Positions 1 to 8,466 of a stretch of DNA of 64,000 bases are shown here, one piece after another. Source of the stretch: an uncultured Ignavibacteriales bacterium (GTDB lineage: Bacteria; Zixibacteria; MSB-5A5; GN15; FEB-12); NCBI GenBank assembly GCA_964520865.1, contig CAZFOY010000007.1, forward strand, positions 17,494 through 81,493, read 5' to 3'. Position 1 is the stretch's first letter. Every line of letters starts with the position of its first letter. A model generated the notes under the pieces. That model was not told where the DNA came from and searched no databases. It saw only the letters and a list, made by a program, of their open reading frames with translations. A program made the translations under genes and the position numbers.

Positions 1-275
1 TCAACCCCAAGACGATGGAGATTGTCGGAAAGACGGCCGGAGAGCAGTGTAAGCAGGTCATGGACAACATGGGACACGTGCTCAAGGAGGCGGGTGGAGA
101 GTATGTCAATGTGGTGAAGACGACGATATATCTGTCCGATCTTGCCGATTTCGGTCCGGTCAATGAGATGTATGGTACTTATTTCGACGTGAATCCGCCG
201 GCCCGTGCGACTGTCGAAGTGAACCGGCTCCCCAAAGACGTGAAGATCGAGATCGAGGCGATCGCGATCATATAG
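1..275 (+). CDS. ridA: RidA/YjgF/TdcF-family protein, C-terminal part (5' end lies outside the window)
   Basis: The frame (phase from nt 3) is open to the left edge. The translation ...GKTAGEQCKQVMDNMGHVLKEAGG..VVKTTIYLSDLADFGPVNEMYGTYF..PARATVEVNRLPKDVKIEIEAIA looks like the typical YjgF/RidA C-terminal half. Confidence 0.85.
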   Translation, partial: NPKTMEIVGKTAGEQCKQVMDNMGHVLKEAGGEYVNVVKTTIYLSDLADFGPVNEMYGTYFDVNPPARATVEVNRLPKDVKIEIEAIAII

Positions 276-309
276 CAGTTCGGCGGCGTGCCGAGCGGCC
301 GGAGCTGCC

Positions 310-338
310 TTGAGCTTTAGTGTTGACTCAGGTATAAT
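310..338 (+). promoter_or_regulatory. sigma-70-like promoter candidate for the Rieske/cyt b operon
   Basis: TTGAGC (310-315), 17-nt spacer, TATAAT (333-338), about 55 nt upstream of the Rieske ATG. This is a motif match only. Confidence 0.4.
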
Positions 339-391
339 GCCGTGTTACCATTACGGAGTTATTGTTCTAATAATTTCCGGCGGAGGTAACA

Positions 392-847
392 ATGGCAGAG
401 TCGAAGACTAGCCGCCGAGGGTTTCTGGAAATTCTCCTCGGTGGCGGGTTGATTGCGACGCTTGGCGCGATTCTGTATCCTATCTGGGACTATCTTGTCC
501 CTCCTGCAGCAACCGAAGCGAAGCTGTCACAACTCAAACTCCCTTTCACCCGGGCAGAAATCGAGGCGGAGCCGAAGAAAGCGAAGTATTTCAAATACGG
601 TCGCGATCTCGGGATCATCTTCATCAACGAAAAAGACAAGCTGGCTGCACTCTCGGCGATTTGTACGCACCTCCAGTGCACGGTGCAAAATCGGCCGGAC
701 CTCGGACTGATCTGGTGTGCCTGCCACAACGGGAAGTATAGCTACACCGGAGCCAATATCTCCGGTCCGCCTCCCAAACCGCTCGCCCCGTACCTGGTGA
801 AGCAGGTAGGTGACGTCATTTACGTGAGTCAGGAGGCCGGCTCATGA
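392..847 (+). CDS. Rieske [2Fe-2S] subunit of a cytochrome bc/b6f-type complex
   Basis: Twin-arginine leader (SRRGFLE) followed by a TM helix. Rieske boxes CTHLQC and CACHNGKY are present. A GGAGG RBS precedes the start, and the stop overlaps the next start (ATGA at 844-847). Confidence 0.9.
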   Translation: MAESKTSRRGFLEILLGGGLIATLGAILYPIWDYLVPPAATEAKLSQLKLPFTRAEIEAEPKKAKYFKYGRDLGIIFINEKDKLAALSAICTHLQCTVQNRPDLGLIWCACHNGKYSYTGANISGPPPKPLAPYLVKQVGDVIYVSQEAGS

Positions 848-1968
848 CACAAACCACTTCTCAAACTCGCAAGTCCTCCGGCGCGAAGGTTTACGAATGG
901 ATCAACGATCGATTCAAAATTGACGCGCTCGTCGAGTACATGAGCCATAAGGTGGTCCCGCTTCACGGGCACTCGATCTTCTATTATTTCGGTGGCATCT
1001 CCCTCTTCCTGTTTATCGTGCAGGTGGTCACCGGAATTTTGCTGCTTATGTACTATCGTCCGGGTGCGGATTCGGCCTATGAGTCGGTTCGATTCATCGT
1101 CTCGAACGTCTCGTTCGGTTGGCTGATCCGGTCGATCCATTCCTGGTCGGCCAATTTGATGATCCTGTCGGTATTCGTCCACATGTTCACCGTCTATCTG
1201 ACCCAGGCCTATCGCACGCCGCGGGAGCTTACCTGGCTTTCCGGTATGGGTCTGTTAGGTCTTGCGATGCTATTCGGGTTCTCCGGTTATCTTCTGCCCT
1301 GGAACGTACTCTCGTTCTTTGCCACCCGTGTGGGCACAGGTATGGCCGGCACCATCCCGGTGATCGGACACAAGATCATGACCGTTATGCGGGGAGGGGA
1401 CGATGTTACCGGGGCCACCATAGGACGGTTCTTCGGCCTTCATGTCGCCATTCTTCCCGGCCTGTTCACTCTGCTGTTGGCCGGACATCTGATTTTTATC
1501 CAGCGTCAGGGAATGAGTGAGCCGCTCGAATGGAAAGACAAGCCGCAGTCCCAGAAGAAATACATGAAATTCTTCCCGAGCTTCTTGCTCAGGGATCTGC
1601 TCGTATGGCTGATCGTGCTTAATGTCCTGGCTGTGCTGGCCGTGCTGTTTCCCGAAGGAATCGGGGTTGTTCACTGGCCACTCGGCGCGAAGGCGGATTT
1701 GTTTGCTCCGCCGCCGGCAGTCATTCGACCTGAGTGGTACTTCATGTTCGCCTTCCAGTCGCTCAAGCTGCTGCCATCGCACATCTGGTTCATGGAAGGA
1801 GAGCTGGTAGGCATCCTCGTCTTCACGGTCGGGGGAGTTGTCTGGGCGCTCGTACCCTTCCTTGACAAGAAATCCGTCGCCGGAGAGCGTTCCGGATTTT
1901 TCCAGGCGTTCGGATGGTTCGTACTCGCCTTTATTGTGGCGATGACCCTTATCGGATATTTGGTATAG
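844..1968 (+). CDS. Cytochrome b: b6-like N-terminal half fused to a subunit-IV-like C-terminal half
   Basis: Very b6-like stretch VSFGWLIRSIHSWSANLMILSVFVHMF. His pairs are spaced 13 residues (helix B) and 14 residues (helix D, HVAILPGLFTLLLAGH). PEWYFMFAFQSLK Qo motif lies in the C-terminal half. The position of the b6 haem-ci Cys (FYCLGG) reads FYYFGG here. Confidence 0.9.
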   Translation: MTQTTSQTRKSSGAKVYEWINDRFKIDALVEYMSHKVVPLHGHSIFYYFGGISLFLFIVQVVTGILLLMYYRPGADSAYESVRFIVSNVSFGWLIRSIHSWSANLMILSVFVHMFTVYLTQAYRTPRELTWLSGMGLLGLAMLFGFSGYLLPWNVLSFFATRVGTGMAGTIPVIGHKIMTVMRGGDDVTGATIGRFFGLHVAILPGLFTLLLAGHLIFIQRQGMSEPLEWKDKPQSQKKYMKFFPSFLLRDLLVWLIVLNVLAVLAVLFPEGIGVVHWPLGAKADLFAPPPAVIRPEWYFMFAFQSLKLLPSHIWFMEGELVGILVFTVGGVVWALVPFLDKKSVAGERSGFFQAFGWFVLAFIVAMTLIGYLV

Positions 1969-1977
1969 GAGGTGGTG

Positions 1978-3225
1978 ATGCGTACAGCTGCATACATATT
2001 ACTCGGTTTCATGGTCGCCGGTCTGCTCAAAGCCGCCCCCACCGATCAGAACAACTGCATGAAATGCCATTATGACTTCGAAGACGATAGCGGACCCTCG
2101 CACAAGATCGCCCACGATGTGCATATCCAGCACGGTCTGGCCTGTTACGACTGCCACGGCGGCGATCCGACGCTCGATGATATGGATGAGGTCCGCAAAT
2201 CGAAAGACTGGCGAGGGGCTCCGTCGCATTTGCAGGTGCCGGCCTTCTGCGCCCGGTGTCACAGTGACGCCAAATATATGCACGACCACAACCCGACCCT
2301 GCCAACCGATCAACTCGACAAATACAAGACCTCGGTCCACGGGAAACTTCTGTTCGGTAAGAAGGATATGCGGGTAGCCGATTGCATTTCGTGTCATACC
2401 GTTCACCAGATCGGTGATGCCAAGACGCCTATTTCGAGCACCTATCCGCAGAACATTCCGGCAACCTGCGGTCACTGCCACTCCGATTCCGCCTACATGG
2501 CGCCCTACGGTATCCCGACCAATCAGGAAGCCGGATTCCGGCAATCGGTCCATGGCATCGCCCTGCTTCAGAACAATGATCTGGGTGCCCCGGCGTGCAA
2601 CAACTGTCACGGCAACCATGGCGCCGCTCCCCCGGGAGTAGCCTCGCTGAGCGCCGTCTGCGGAAATTGCCATGCGATCGAGGCCGATCTGTTCAATGCC
2701 TCGCCGCACAAAGATGCGTTCGAACAGAACGATTTCCCGATGTGTGAGACCTGTCACTCGAATCATAAGATTCTCAAGCCGAGTGACAAGATGGTAGGCA
2801 CGCAGGACGGCTCAGTCTGCATCGATTGCCATTCCCCGGACGATGGTACGAGCGGGTGGAAAAATGCGCAGGGGATTTCAGACGCCCTGGCCGCACTGGT
2901 CGCCGCCCAGGATTCCGCCGGCGCCGTCTTGAATGAAGCCACCGCCAAGGGAATGATGACGACGAACGAGGAGTTCCAATTCAAGAATGTCAATCAGGCG
3001 CTCATTCAGGCAAGAACGATGGTCCATACGTACAATGCGGATTCGGTACTGCCCAAGACGGAATTGGGAATAAGAGAAGCCGACTCGGTGAAAACAGCTT
3101 CGGCTTCGCTGATAGATGAGTACTATTTCCGGCGAAAAGGGCTCGTTCTGGCGACCCTGTTTATCACCATTCTGGCGATCGCCCTGTATGTCAAAATCAA
3201 ACGGGTCGATCGGAGTCTGAGTTAG
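1978..3225 (+). CDS. Membrane-anchored nonahaem c-type cytochrome
   Basis: Nine CXXCH motifs: CMKCH, CYDCH, CARCH, CISCH, CGHCH, CNNCH, CGNCH, CETCH, CIDCH. Hydrophobic N-terminal signal or anchor, and a C-terminal TM helix (LVLATLFITILAIALYV). Start set at ATG 1978, 5 nt after AGGAGG; the ORF-track GTG at 1972 is also possible. Confidence 0.85.
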   Translation: MRTAAYILLGFMVAGLLKAAPTDQNNCMKCHYDFEDDSGPSHKIAHDVHIQHGLACYDCHGGDPTLDDMDEVRKSKDWRGAPSHLQVPAFCARCHSDAKYMHDHNPTLPTDQLDKYKTSVHGKLLFGKKDMRVADCISCHTVHQIGDAKTPISSTYPQNIPATCGHCHSDSAYMAPYGIPTNQEAGFRQSVHGIALLQNNDLGAPACNNCHGNHGAAPPGVASLSAVCGNCHAIEADLFNASPHKDAFEQNDFPMCETCHSNHKILKPSDKMVGTQDGSVCIDCHSPDDGTSGWKNAQGISDALAALVAAQDSAGAVLNEATAKGMMTTNEEFQFKNVNQALIQARTMVHTYNADSVLPKTELGIREADSVKTASASLIDEYYFRRKGLVLATLFITILAIALYVKIKRVDRSLS

Positions 3226-3244
3226 ACTTGGTTAATATAGAACT

Positions 3245-3307
3245 ATTCTTGTCTCGTATAACCATAAGAGGACAAGAATGATAATACTTTACTCTTGAGT
3301 AGAGTAA
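3245..3307 (+). terminator. Two tandem hairpins after the cytochrome operon (weak terminator candidate)
   Basis: Hairpin A: ATTCTTGTC (3245-3253) pairs with GACAAGAAT (3271-3279). Hairpin B: TTACTCT (3289-3295) pairs with AGAGTAA (3301-3307). There is no clear U-tract. Confidence 0.3.
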
Positions 3308-3494
3308 GAAAGCGCGATTTAAGACAGAGCAATCAATCGATGTTGTTTTGGTTGTGTATGTTGTGATTTAAGGACTTCTGTGGAGAAATAAACAAAAAAT
3401 CGCTTGACAAACGGTGATTTTGGGATTTCTTGGGCGGTAAAATATTGTGAATTCAGTCACATGTTTGGCTGGGTCATAGGTTGAGAACGAGTAA

Positions 3495-3848
3495 ATGGTA
3501 CAATATCTTTCAGTTCTGATTTTTCTGGCGGCCGGAACCGGGATTGTTCTGGTTACCTTTTTCATATCGCGACTTTTCAGACCCTCGCATCCGTATCCGG
3601 AGAAGACGGTTAACTACGAATGCGCGGAGAAGCCGATCGGCAACTCATGGGTTCGGTTCAATAATCGCTTTTACATTTTCGCTTTGATATTTGTCATTTT
3701 CGACGTTGAAGTGATTTTTCTGTTTCCCTGGGCGGTTGCGTTCGGCCAGCTCGGTTTGTTTGCGCTGGTCGAGATGATCGTGTTTATTCTGATCCTGTTC
3801 TTCGGGATTTTCTATGCCTGGAAGAAGGGGGTTCTGAAGTGGGTCTGA
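3495..3848 (+). CDS. nuoA: NADH:quinone oxidoreductase subunit A
   Basis: 117 aa with 3 TM helices. YECAEKPIG and [12 protein letters not shown] motifs fit NuoA/ND3. First gene of an 11-gene co-directional block. Confidence 0.9.
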   Translation: MVQYLSVLIFLAAGTGIVLVTFFISRLFRPSHPYPEKTVNYECAEKPIGNSWVRFNNRFYIFALIFVIFDVEVIFLFPWAVAFGQLGLFALVEMIVFILILFFGIFYAWKKGVLKWV

Positions 3849-4351
3849 TCAAGAAGCTTCCATATTATGCAGAGAAAATACCGGGCGGTTCATTGGTGGT
3901 GACTTCACTTGAGGGGGTGCTTCACCACGCGCAGGCAAAATCGCTTTGGTATTTGTTATTTGGCACCGCTTGCTGTGCGATCGAGCTGATGTGCACCGGC
4001 GCATCGCGTTACGACTTTGACCGCCTTGGTATGATTTTCCGTGCTTCGCCACGCCAATCCGACCTCATAATAGTAGCCGGCACGATCACCAAGAAGATGG
4101 CTCCGAGGCTCCGCACCCTGTATGACCAGATGGCGGAACCGCGCTACGTGATCGCGATGGGCGGATGCACTATTAATGGTGGGCCGTTCTATTACGACTC
4201 CTACGCCGTCGAAAAAGGCGTTGACCATATTCTCCCGGTCGACGTGTACATCCCCGGTTGCCCTCCGCGACCTGAGTCGCTGCTCGAAGGGTGTCTGACG
4301 CTCCAGAAGAAGATCAAAAAGCAGAAACTGGGCGACTGGCAGGAAAAGTGA
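3839..4351 (+). CDS. nuoB: NADH:quinone oxidoreductase subunit B (cluster N2)
   Basis: Cys motifs [22 protein letters not shown] and IPGCPPRPE. The GTG start overlaps the nuoA 3' end. Confidence 0.95.
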   Translation: MGLIKKLPYYAEKIPGGSLVVTSLEGVLHHAQAKSLWYLLFGTACCAIELMCTGASRYDFDRLGMIFRASPRQSDLIIVAGTITKKMAPRLRTLYDQMAEPRYVIAMGGCTINGGPFYYDSYAVEKGVDHILPVDVYIPGCPPRPESLLEGCLTLQKKIKKQKLGDWQEK

Positions 4352-4352
4352 G

Positions 4353-4829
4353 ATGACCAAAGACGAGCTGAAGGCATACATCGAAAGCAACTTCTCGGGC
4401 AAGCTCACCGCACTGGATACCGGTCGTTACGATCTCCTGTTTGAAGCGAAAAAGGGCGACCTCGTGGAACTGGCTCGTGCCCTTCGCGATGATGAATCGC
4501 TCAAGTTCGACTATCTTTGCAATATCGGCGCTATCGATACGCGTGAACGGTTTGAGATAGTCTATTCGATTGCATCCACGGTCAACCGGTTGCGATTGGA
4601 TTTCAAGATCGTGTTTAGCTACGACGACGCCGAAGTGGAGTCGGTGCAGACTGTCTGGCCGGCGGCCAACTGGTACGAGCGCGAAATCTGGGAGCTGTAC
4701 GGTATCGATATAAAGAATCATGACAACCTGAAACGCTTTCTGTTGCCCGATGACTGGAATCAGGGACATCCGATGCGCAAAGACTGGGACGCGCCTGATT
4801 TCGTTCGGTTCCCGGAGTTTGAAGTATGA
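4353..4829 (+). CDS. nuoC: NADH:quinone oxidoreductase subunit C (30 kDa)
   Basis: WYEREIWELYGI motif. A separate gene, not fused to nuoD. Starts 1 nt after the nuoB stop. Confidence 0.9.
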   Translation: MTKDELKAYIESNFSGKLTALDTGRYDLLFEAKKGDLVELARALRDDESLKFDYLCNIGAIDTRERFEIVYSIASTVNRLRLDFKIVFSYDDAEVESVQTVWPAANWYEREIWELYGIDIKNHDNLKRFLLPDDWNQGHPMRKDWDAPDFVRFPEFEV

Positions 4830-5935
4830 CCGAAGTCGGATTGAGAACCGAAGAATTCCAGGTCAACATGGGGCCGCACCATCCGTCGACCCACGGCGTC
4901 TGCCGGTTGTTGTTGACGATGGATGGAGAGAAAGTAGTCAAGGTCGAACCTTTCATCGGCTACCTTCACCGCTCCATAGAGAAGATTTGTGAAAACCGCA
5001 CCTATCACCAGTGTATCCCGATTCTCGACCGATTCGAATATGTTACGGCAATGTCTTGCAACTACGTCTTCGCCCTTTCGGCAGAGCGGCTGGCACAGAT
5101 AGAAGTCCCCGAGCGGGCGGAGTTCCTTCGCGTCATCATGCTGGAACTCAACCGGATAGCCTCGCATCTGATTTTCTTCGGGACGACGGCGATGGATATC
5201 GGCGCGCTGACGCCTTTCCTGTACGGTCTGCGCGAGCGCGAGATGATCATGGATCTGTTCGAGATGACCTGTGGTCAGCGCCTGACCTACAACTATATAC
5301 GAATCGGCGGCGTCTCCAAAGATATCCTGCCGGCATTCGTTCCGAAATGCCGCGAAACGATCAATATAATCAAAGATAAAGTAGACGAGTACGAGGCGTT
5401 GCTGAACGGCAATCCGATCTGGAAAGCGCGCACGATCGGTATCGGTCCGCTTACCGGCGAAAAGGCCGTCGCATTCGGCGCTTCCGGGCCTATCCTGAGA
5501 GCATCCGGAGTCAAATACGATCTTCGCCGCGATGATCCATACAGTATTTACGACAGATTTGAATTCGACATTCCCACTCGTCAGAATGGCGATGTGTTCG
5601 ACCGGTACGTACTGAGACTTGAAGAGATCCGGCAGTCGATCAGGATCATCGGGCAGGCGCTCGACGGAATCCCGGAAGGGGATTTCAAGGCGAAGGTATC
5701 GTTGAAATTCAAGCCGCCGGCGGGAGAGGCCTACACTCGCATAGAGAACTCCCGCGGTGAGATGGGCGTTTATCTGATCTCCGACGGTACGGAGAAGCCG
5801 GTCAGGGTGAAGACCCGGGGTGGTTCATATAATCACCTGCAGCTCATTCCGGAGATCGCAACCGACTGCCTGATCGCGGATCTGGTGGCGATTTTTGCGT
5901 CGTTCGATATTATCATGCCGGAGGTCGATCGATGA
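4826..5935 (+). CDS. nuoD: NADH:quinone oxidoreductase subunit D (49 kDa)
   Basis: NMGPHHPSTHGV near the N-terminus and DIIMPEVDR at the C-terminus. ATGA overlap with nuoC. Confidence 0.95.
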   Translation: MTEVGLRTEEFQVNMGPHHPSTHGVCRLLLTMDGEKVVKVEPFIGYLHRSIEKICENRTYHQCIPILDRFEYVTAMSCNYVFALSAERLAQIEVPERAEFLRVIMLELNRIASHLIFFGTTAMDIGALTPFLYGLREREMIMDLFEMTCGQRLTYNYIRIGGVSKDILPAFVPKCRETINIIKDKVDEYEALLNGNPIWKARTIGIGPLTGEKAVAFGASGPILRASGVKYDLRRDDPYSIYDRFEFDIPTRQNGDVFDRYVLRLEEIRQSIRIIGQALDGIPEGDFKAKVSLKFKPPAGEAYTRIENSRGEMGVYLISDGTEKPVRVKTRGGSYNHLQLIPEIATDCLIADLVAIFASFDIIMPEVDR

Positions 5936-6999
5936 CCCTTGCCCTGATGCAACCGGTGGAACTATCTCCGACCTTCCTGTGGATCCAGCATCTGCTCGAA
6001 GCGATTGGCATCGGCGGCATGTGGTCAATCGTGATTACCTACGCGATTCTCGCGGTCGTCACGTTTGGTGTACTGGCACTGCTTGCCCTGTTCCTGGTCT
6101 GGTGGGAAAGAAAATTTGCCGGGCATATTCAGCAGCGGTTCGGCCCGATGATGACCGGATGGCACGGCTGGTATCAGACAATTATGGATGCGGTGAAACT
6201 GCTCCAAAAGGAAGATATCCTGGTAGTCACGCGCGACCGAATGGTCTTCTTCTGGGCGCCGATCATCGCTTTTGTCGCGGCGTTCGCCGCCTATATCGTG
6301 ATTCCTTTCGGCAAAGGGATCATTGTCGCCGATTTGAATATCGGTATTCTCTATATCATTGCGATCACCACGTTCACGATTATCTCCCTGCTCATGGCCG
6401 GATGGGGCTCGAACAACAAATATGCTCTTCTCGGCGGGATGCGTTCCGCTGCGCAGGTGGTGAGTTACGAAGTCCCGATGGTGGCCTCGATCCTGACGGT
6501 AGTTCTGTTCGCCGGATCGTTGTCGATGGTCGACATCGTAGATTCGCAGTCGGGATGGTTCTACAATTGGAACATCTTCCGCTTACCGTTCGGTCCGATT
6601 GCGTTCATCACTTACATCATCGCTGCCACGGCCGAAGCGAATCGAACTCCGTTTGACATTCCGGAGGCGGAGCAGGAACTGGTGGCAGGGTTCAATATCG
6701 AGTATTCCGGCATGAAGTTCGCCATGTTCTTCCTCGCCGAATTTGTAAATATGTTCACGGTGTCGGCGATCGCCACGACCCTCTTTCTCGGGGGATGGAC
6801 CGGCGTTCTGCTTCCGTCATGGATGTGGTTCTTGGGCAAGACGCTTGCGGTGGTAGCACTGCTCATGCTCTTCCGCTGGACCTTCCCGCGCCTTCGGGTT
6901 GACCAGTTGATGGAATTCTCCTGGAAGTATCTGGTGCCGATTACCTTTGCGAACCTGATTTTGGCCGGCTGGATGAAGTACGCCGGATGGTACTGGTAA
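5932..6999 (+). CDS. nuoH: NADH:quinone oxidoreductase subunit H
   Basis: Polytopic. WERKFAGHIQQRFGP and PFDIPEAEQELVAGFNIEYSG motifs. ATGA overlap with nuoD. It follows nuoD directly, so no nuoE/F/G lie between them. Confidence 0.95.
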   Translation: MTLALMQPVELSPTFLWIQHLLEAIGIGGMWSIVITYAILAVVTFGVLALLALFLVWWERKFAGHIQQRFGPMMTGWHGWYQTIMDAVKLLQKEDILVVTRDRMVFFWAPIIAFVAAFAAYIVIPFGKGIIVADLNIGILYIIAITTFTIISLLMAGWGSNNKYALLGGMRSAAQVVSYEVPMVASILTVVLFAGSLSMVDIVDSQSGWFYNWNIFRLPFGPIAFITYIIAATAEANRTPFDIPEAEQELVAGFNIEYSGMKFAMFFLAEFVNMFTVSAIATTLFLGGWTGVLLPSWMWFLGKTLAVVALLMLFRWTFPRLRVDQLMEFSWKYLVPITFANLILAGWMKYAGWYW

Positions 7000-7652
7000 T
7001 GAGTGACCGCAACAACGTCATAAAGGAAATTTTCATCGGCCTCAAGGAGCTGATCCTTGGTATGGGAATTACCGGCAAGCACCTCGGACGTCACGCCGTG
7101 ACTCTGCAGTACCCGGTCCAGAAAATGGAAATGCCGGAGCGTTCGCGCGGAATCGTGGTGCTGCTTTCTGACAAAGAAACGGGTGAACTCAACTGCACCT
7201 CCTGCATGCTCTGCATGCGGGCCTGTCCGACGGCGGCGATTCGTATCGAGGCTCCCCGGGATGAAAACAAGAAGCGTCAGCTCAAGTCATTCGTGGTCGA
7301 CAACACAATCTGCTGTTTCTGCGGGCTGTGCGAGGAAGCGTGCAACTTCTCAGCGATCAAGATGGCGCCGAAATATGAATTCTCGACCTGGACGCGCGAA
7401 GAATTGATCTGGGACAAGGACAAGCTGCAGGAGATGGGTCGGGACGTTGACTATGTAGATACCCGGAAGAAGAAACCGGCCAAGGCGGCGGCGGCAGCAC
7501 CGAAGGCGGACGCGAAAGCCGAGCCGAAGGCTGAAGCGAAGGTTGAATCGAAGCCTGAGCCGAAACCGGAACCCAGGGTCGAGCCCAAGGCCGAAGACGC
7601 AAAGCCGAATCCTGGTTCGGATGAAGATTCGAAGAGGAAGGAAGAGAAATGA
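6999..7652 (+). CDS. nuoI: NADH:quinone oxidoreductase subunit I (2x[4Fe-4S]) with a K/A/E/P-rich C-terminal tail
   Basis: Ferredoxin motifs CTSCMLCMRACP and CCFCGLCEEACN. ATG 6999 overlaps the nuoH TAA (TAATG); the upstream ATG at 6987 is an alternative. The last 63 aa are low complexity. Confidence 0.9.
   Translation: MSDRNNVIKEIFIGLKELILGMGITGKHLGRHAVTLQYPVQKMEMPERSRGIVVLLSDKETGELNCTSCMLCMRACPTAAIRIEAPRDENKKRQLKSFVVDNTICCFCGLCEEACNFSAIKMAPKYEFSTWTREELIWDKDKLQEMGRDVDYVDTRKKKPAKAAAAAPKADAKAEPKAEAKVESKPEPKPEPRVEPKAEDAKPNPGSDEDSKRKEEK
7512..7595 (+). repeat. In-frame 12-nt tandem repeat (7 units, x-K-x-E) inside the nuoI tail
   Basis: Codon units read AKAE/PKAE/AKVE/SKPE/PKPE/PRVE/PKAE, taken directly from the sequence. 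Confidence 0.75.
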
Positions 7653-8158
7653 CGGGCGTACCCGAAGTCGGATTTGTCTTTTGGATTCTTGCGGTGATGA
7701 TGATCGTCTCGGCTTTCATGGTGGTCAGCCTGAAGAACATATTCCACTGCGCGCTCTTTCTTGTGTTCTCTCTTTTCTCAGTGGCCGGGATTTATATTAT
7801 GCTTCACGCCGAGTTTTTGGCCGCGGCCCAGGTACTTATCTATGTCGGGGCAGTTGCAATCCTGATGATCTTCGCAATCATGCTGACAAGTAACCTGGCT
7901 TCGAAGAAAATTCACCAGGTGAATGAAAACGCACTGGTGTCGTTCTTTATTTCCCTGATCTTCTTTATAAGCGTCTGCATGCTCCTGTACAACACGAGAG
8001 TCTGGCGCTATGCGGTCGACAGTCTGCCGGAGAACAATGTCATGGCGGTCGGTAAGGCGCTCATGACAGAATACATGCTGCCGTTCGAAGTTGTTTCGGT
8101 TCTCATGCTGGCGGCGATGATCGGTGCGATCGTGCTCGCCCGAAAGGAGCGCTCCTGA
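7649..8158 (+). CDS. nuoJ: NADH:quinone oxidoreductase subunit J
   Basis: 169 aa, about 5 TM helices, ND6-like. Its position between nuoI and nuoK fits. ATGA overlap with nuoI. Confidence 0.85.
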   Translation: MTGVPEVGFVFWILAVMMIVSAFMVVSLKNIFHCALFLVFSLFSVAGIYIMLHAEFLAAAQVLIYVGAVAILMIFAIMLTSNLASKKIHQVNENALVSFFISLIFFISVCMLLYNTRVWRYAVDSLPENNVMAVGKALMTEYMLPFEVVSVLMLAAMIGAIVLARKERS

Positions 8159-8457
8159 TGTTCTATTATCTGGCGCTCGCCGCTCTGCTGTTCTCGATCG
8201 GTCTTTTTGGCGTGCTCACGCGTCGGAACGTCATCGGGATTCTCATGTCACTGGAGCTGATGTTTAATGCGGCGAATATCAATTTCGTCACTTTCAACAG
8301 ATACATTATTACCGACGGACTCGCCGGCCAGATATTTGCCATCTTTGTCGTAGTAGTGGCGGCGGCCGAAGCTGTGGTCGGGTTGGCCATAGTCCTGCTG
8401 CTGTATCGCAACTGGCAGGGTATCAATGTCGATAACGTCAATGTTATGAAGTGGTAG
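8158..8457 (+). CDS. nuoK: NADH:quinone oxidoreductase subunit K
   Basis: 99 aa with 3 TM helices. The SLELMFNAANINFV motif is ND4L-like. The start overlaps the nuoJ stop. Confidence 0.9.
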   Translation: MFYYLALAALLFSIGLFGVLTRRNVIGILMSLELMFNAANINFVTFNRYIITDGLAGQIFAIFVVVVAAAEAVVGLAIVLLLYRNWQGINVDNVNVMKW

Positions 8458-8466
8458 GTTGAGACG

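Noticed and set aside
3404-3445. TTGACA hexamer and TAAAAT upstream of nuoA as a sigma-70 promoter.
   Set aside because: The spacer between the two hexamers is about 28 nt, far from the 16-18 nt optimum. No alternative -10 lies at the right distance.
7461-7649. Short tandem periodicities (here and at 51478-51564) as possible CRISPR or non-coding repeat arrays.
   Set aside because: The units are 12 and 15 nt with no spacers. They are in frame inside nuoI and rpsF and encode K/A/E/P peptides. They are coding low-complexity repeats, not CRISPR.
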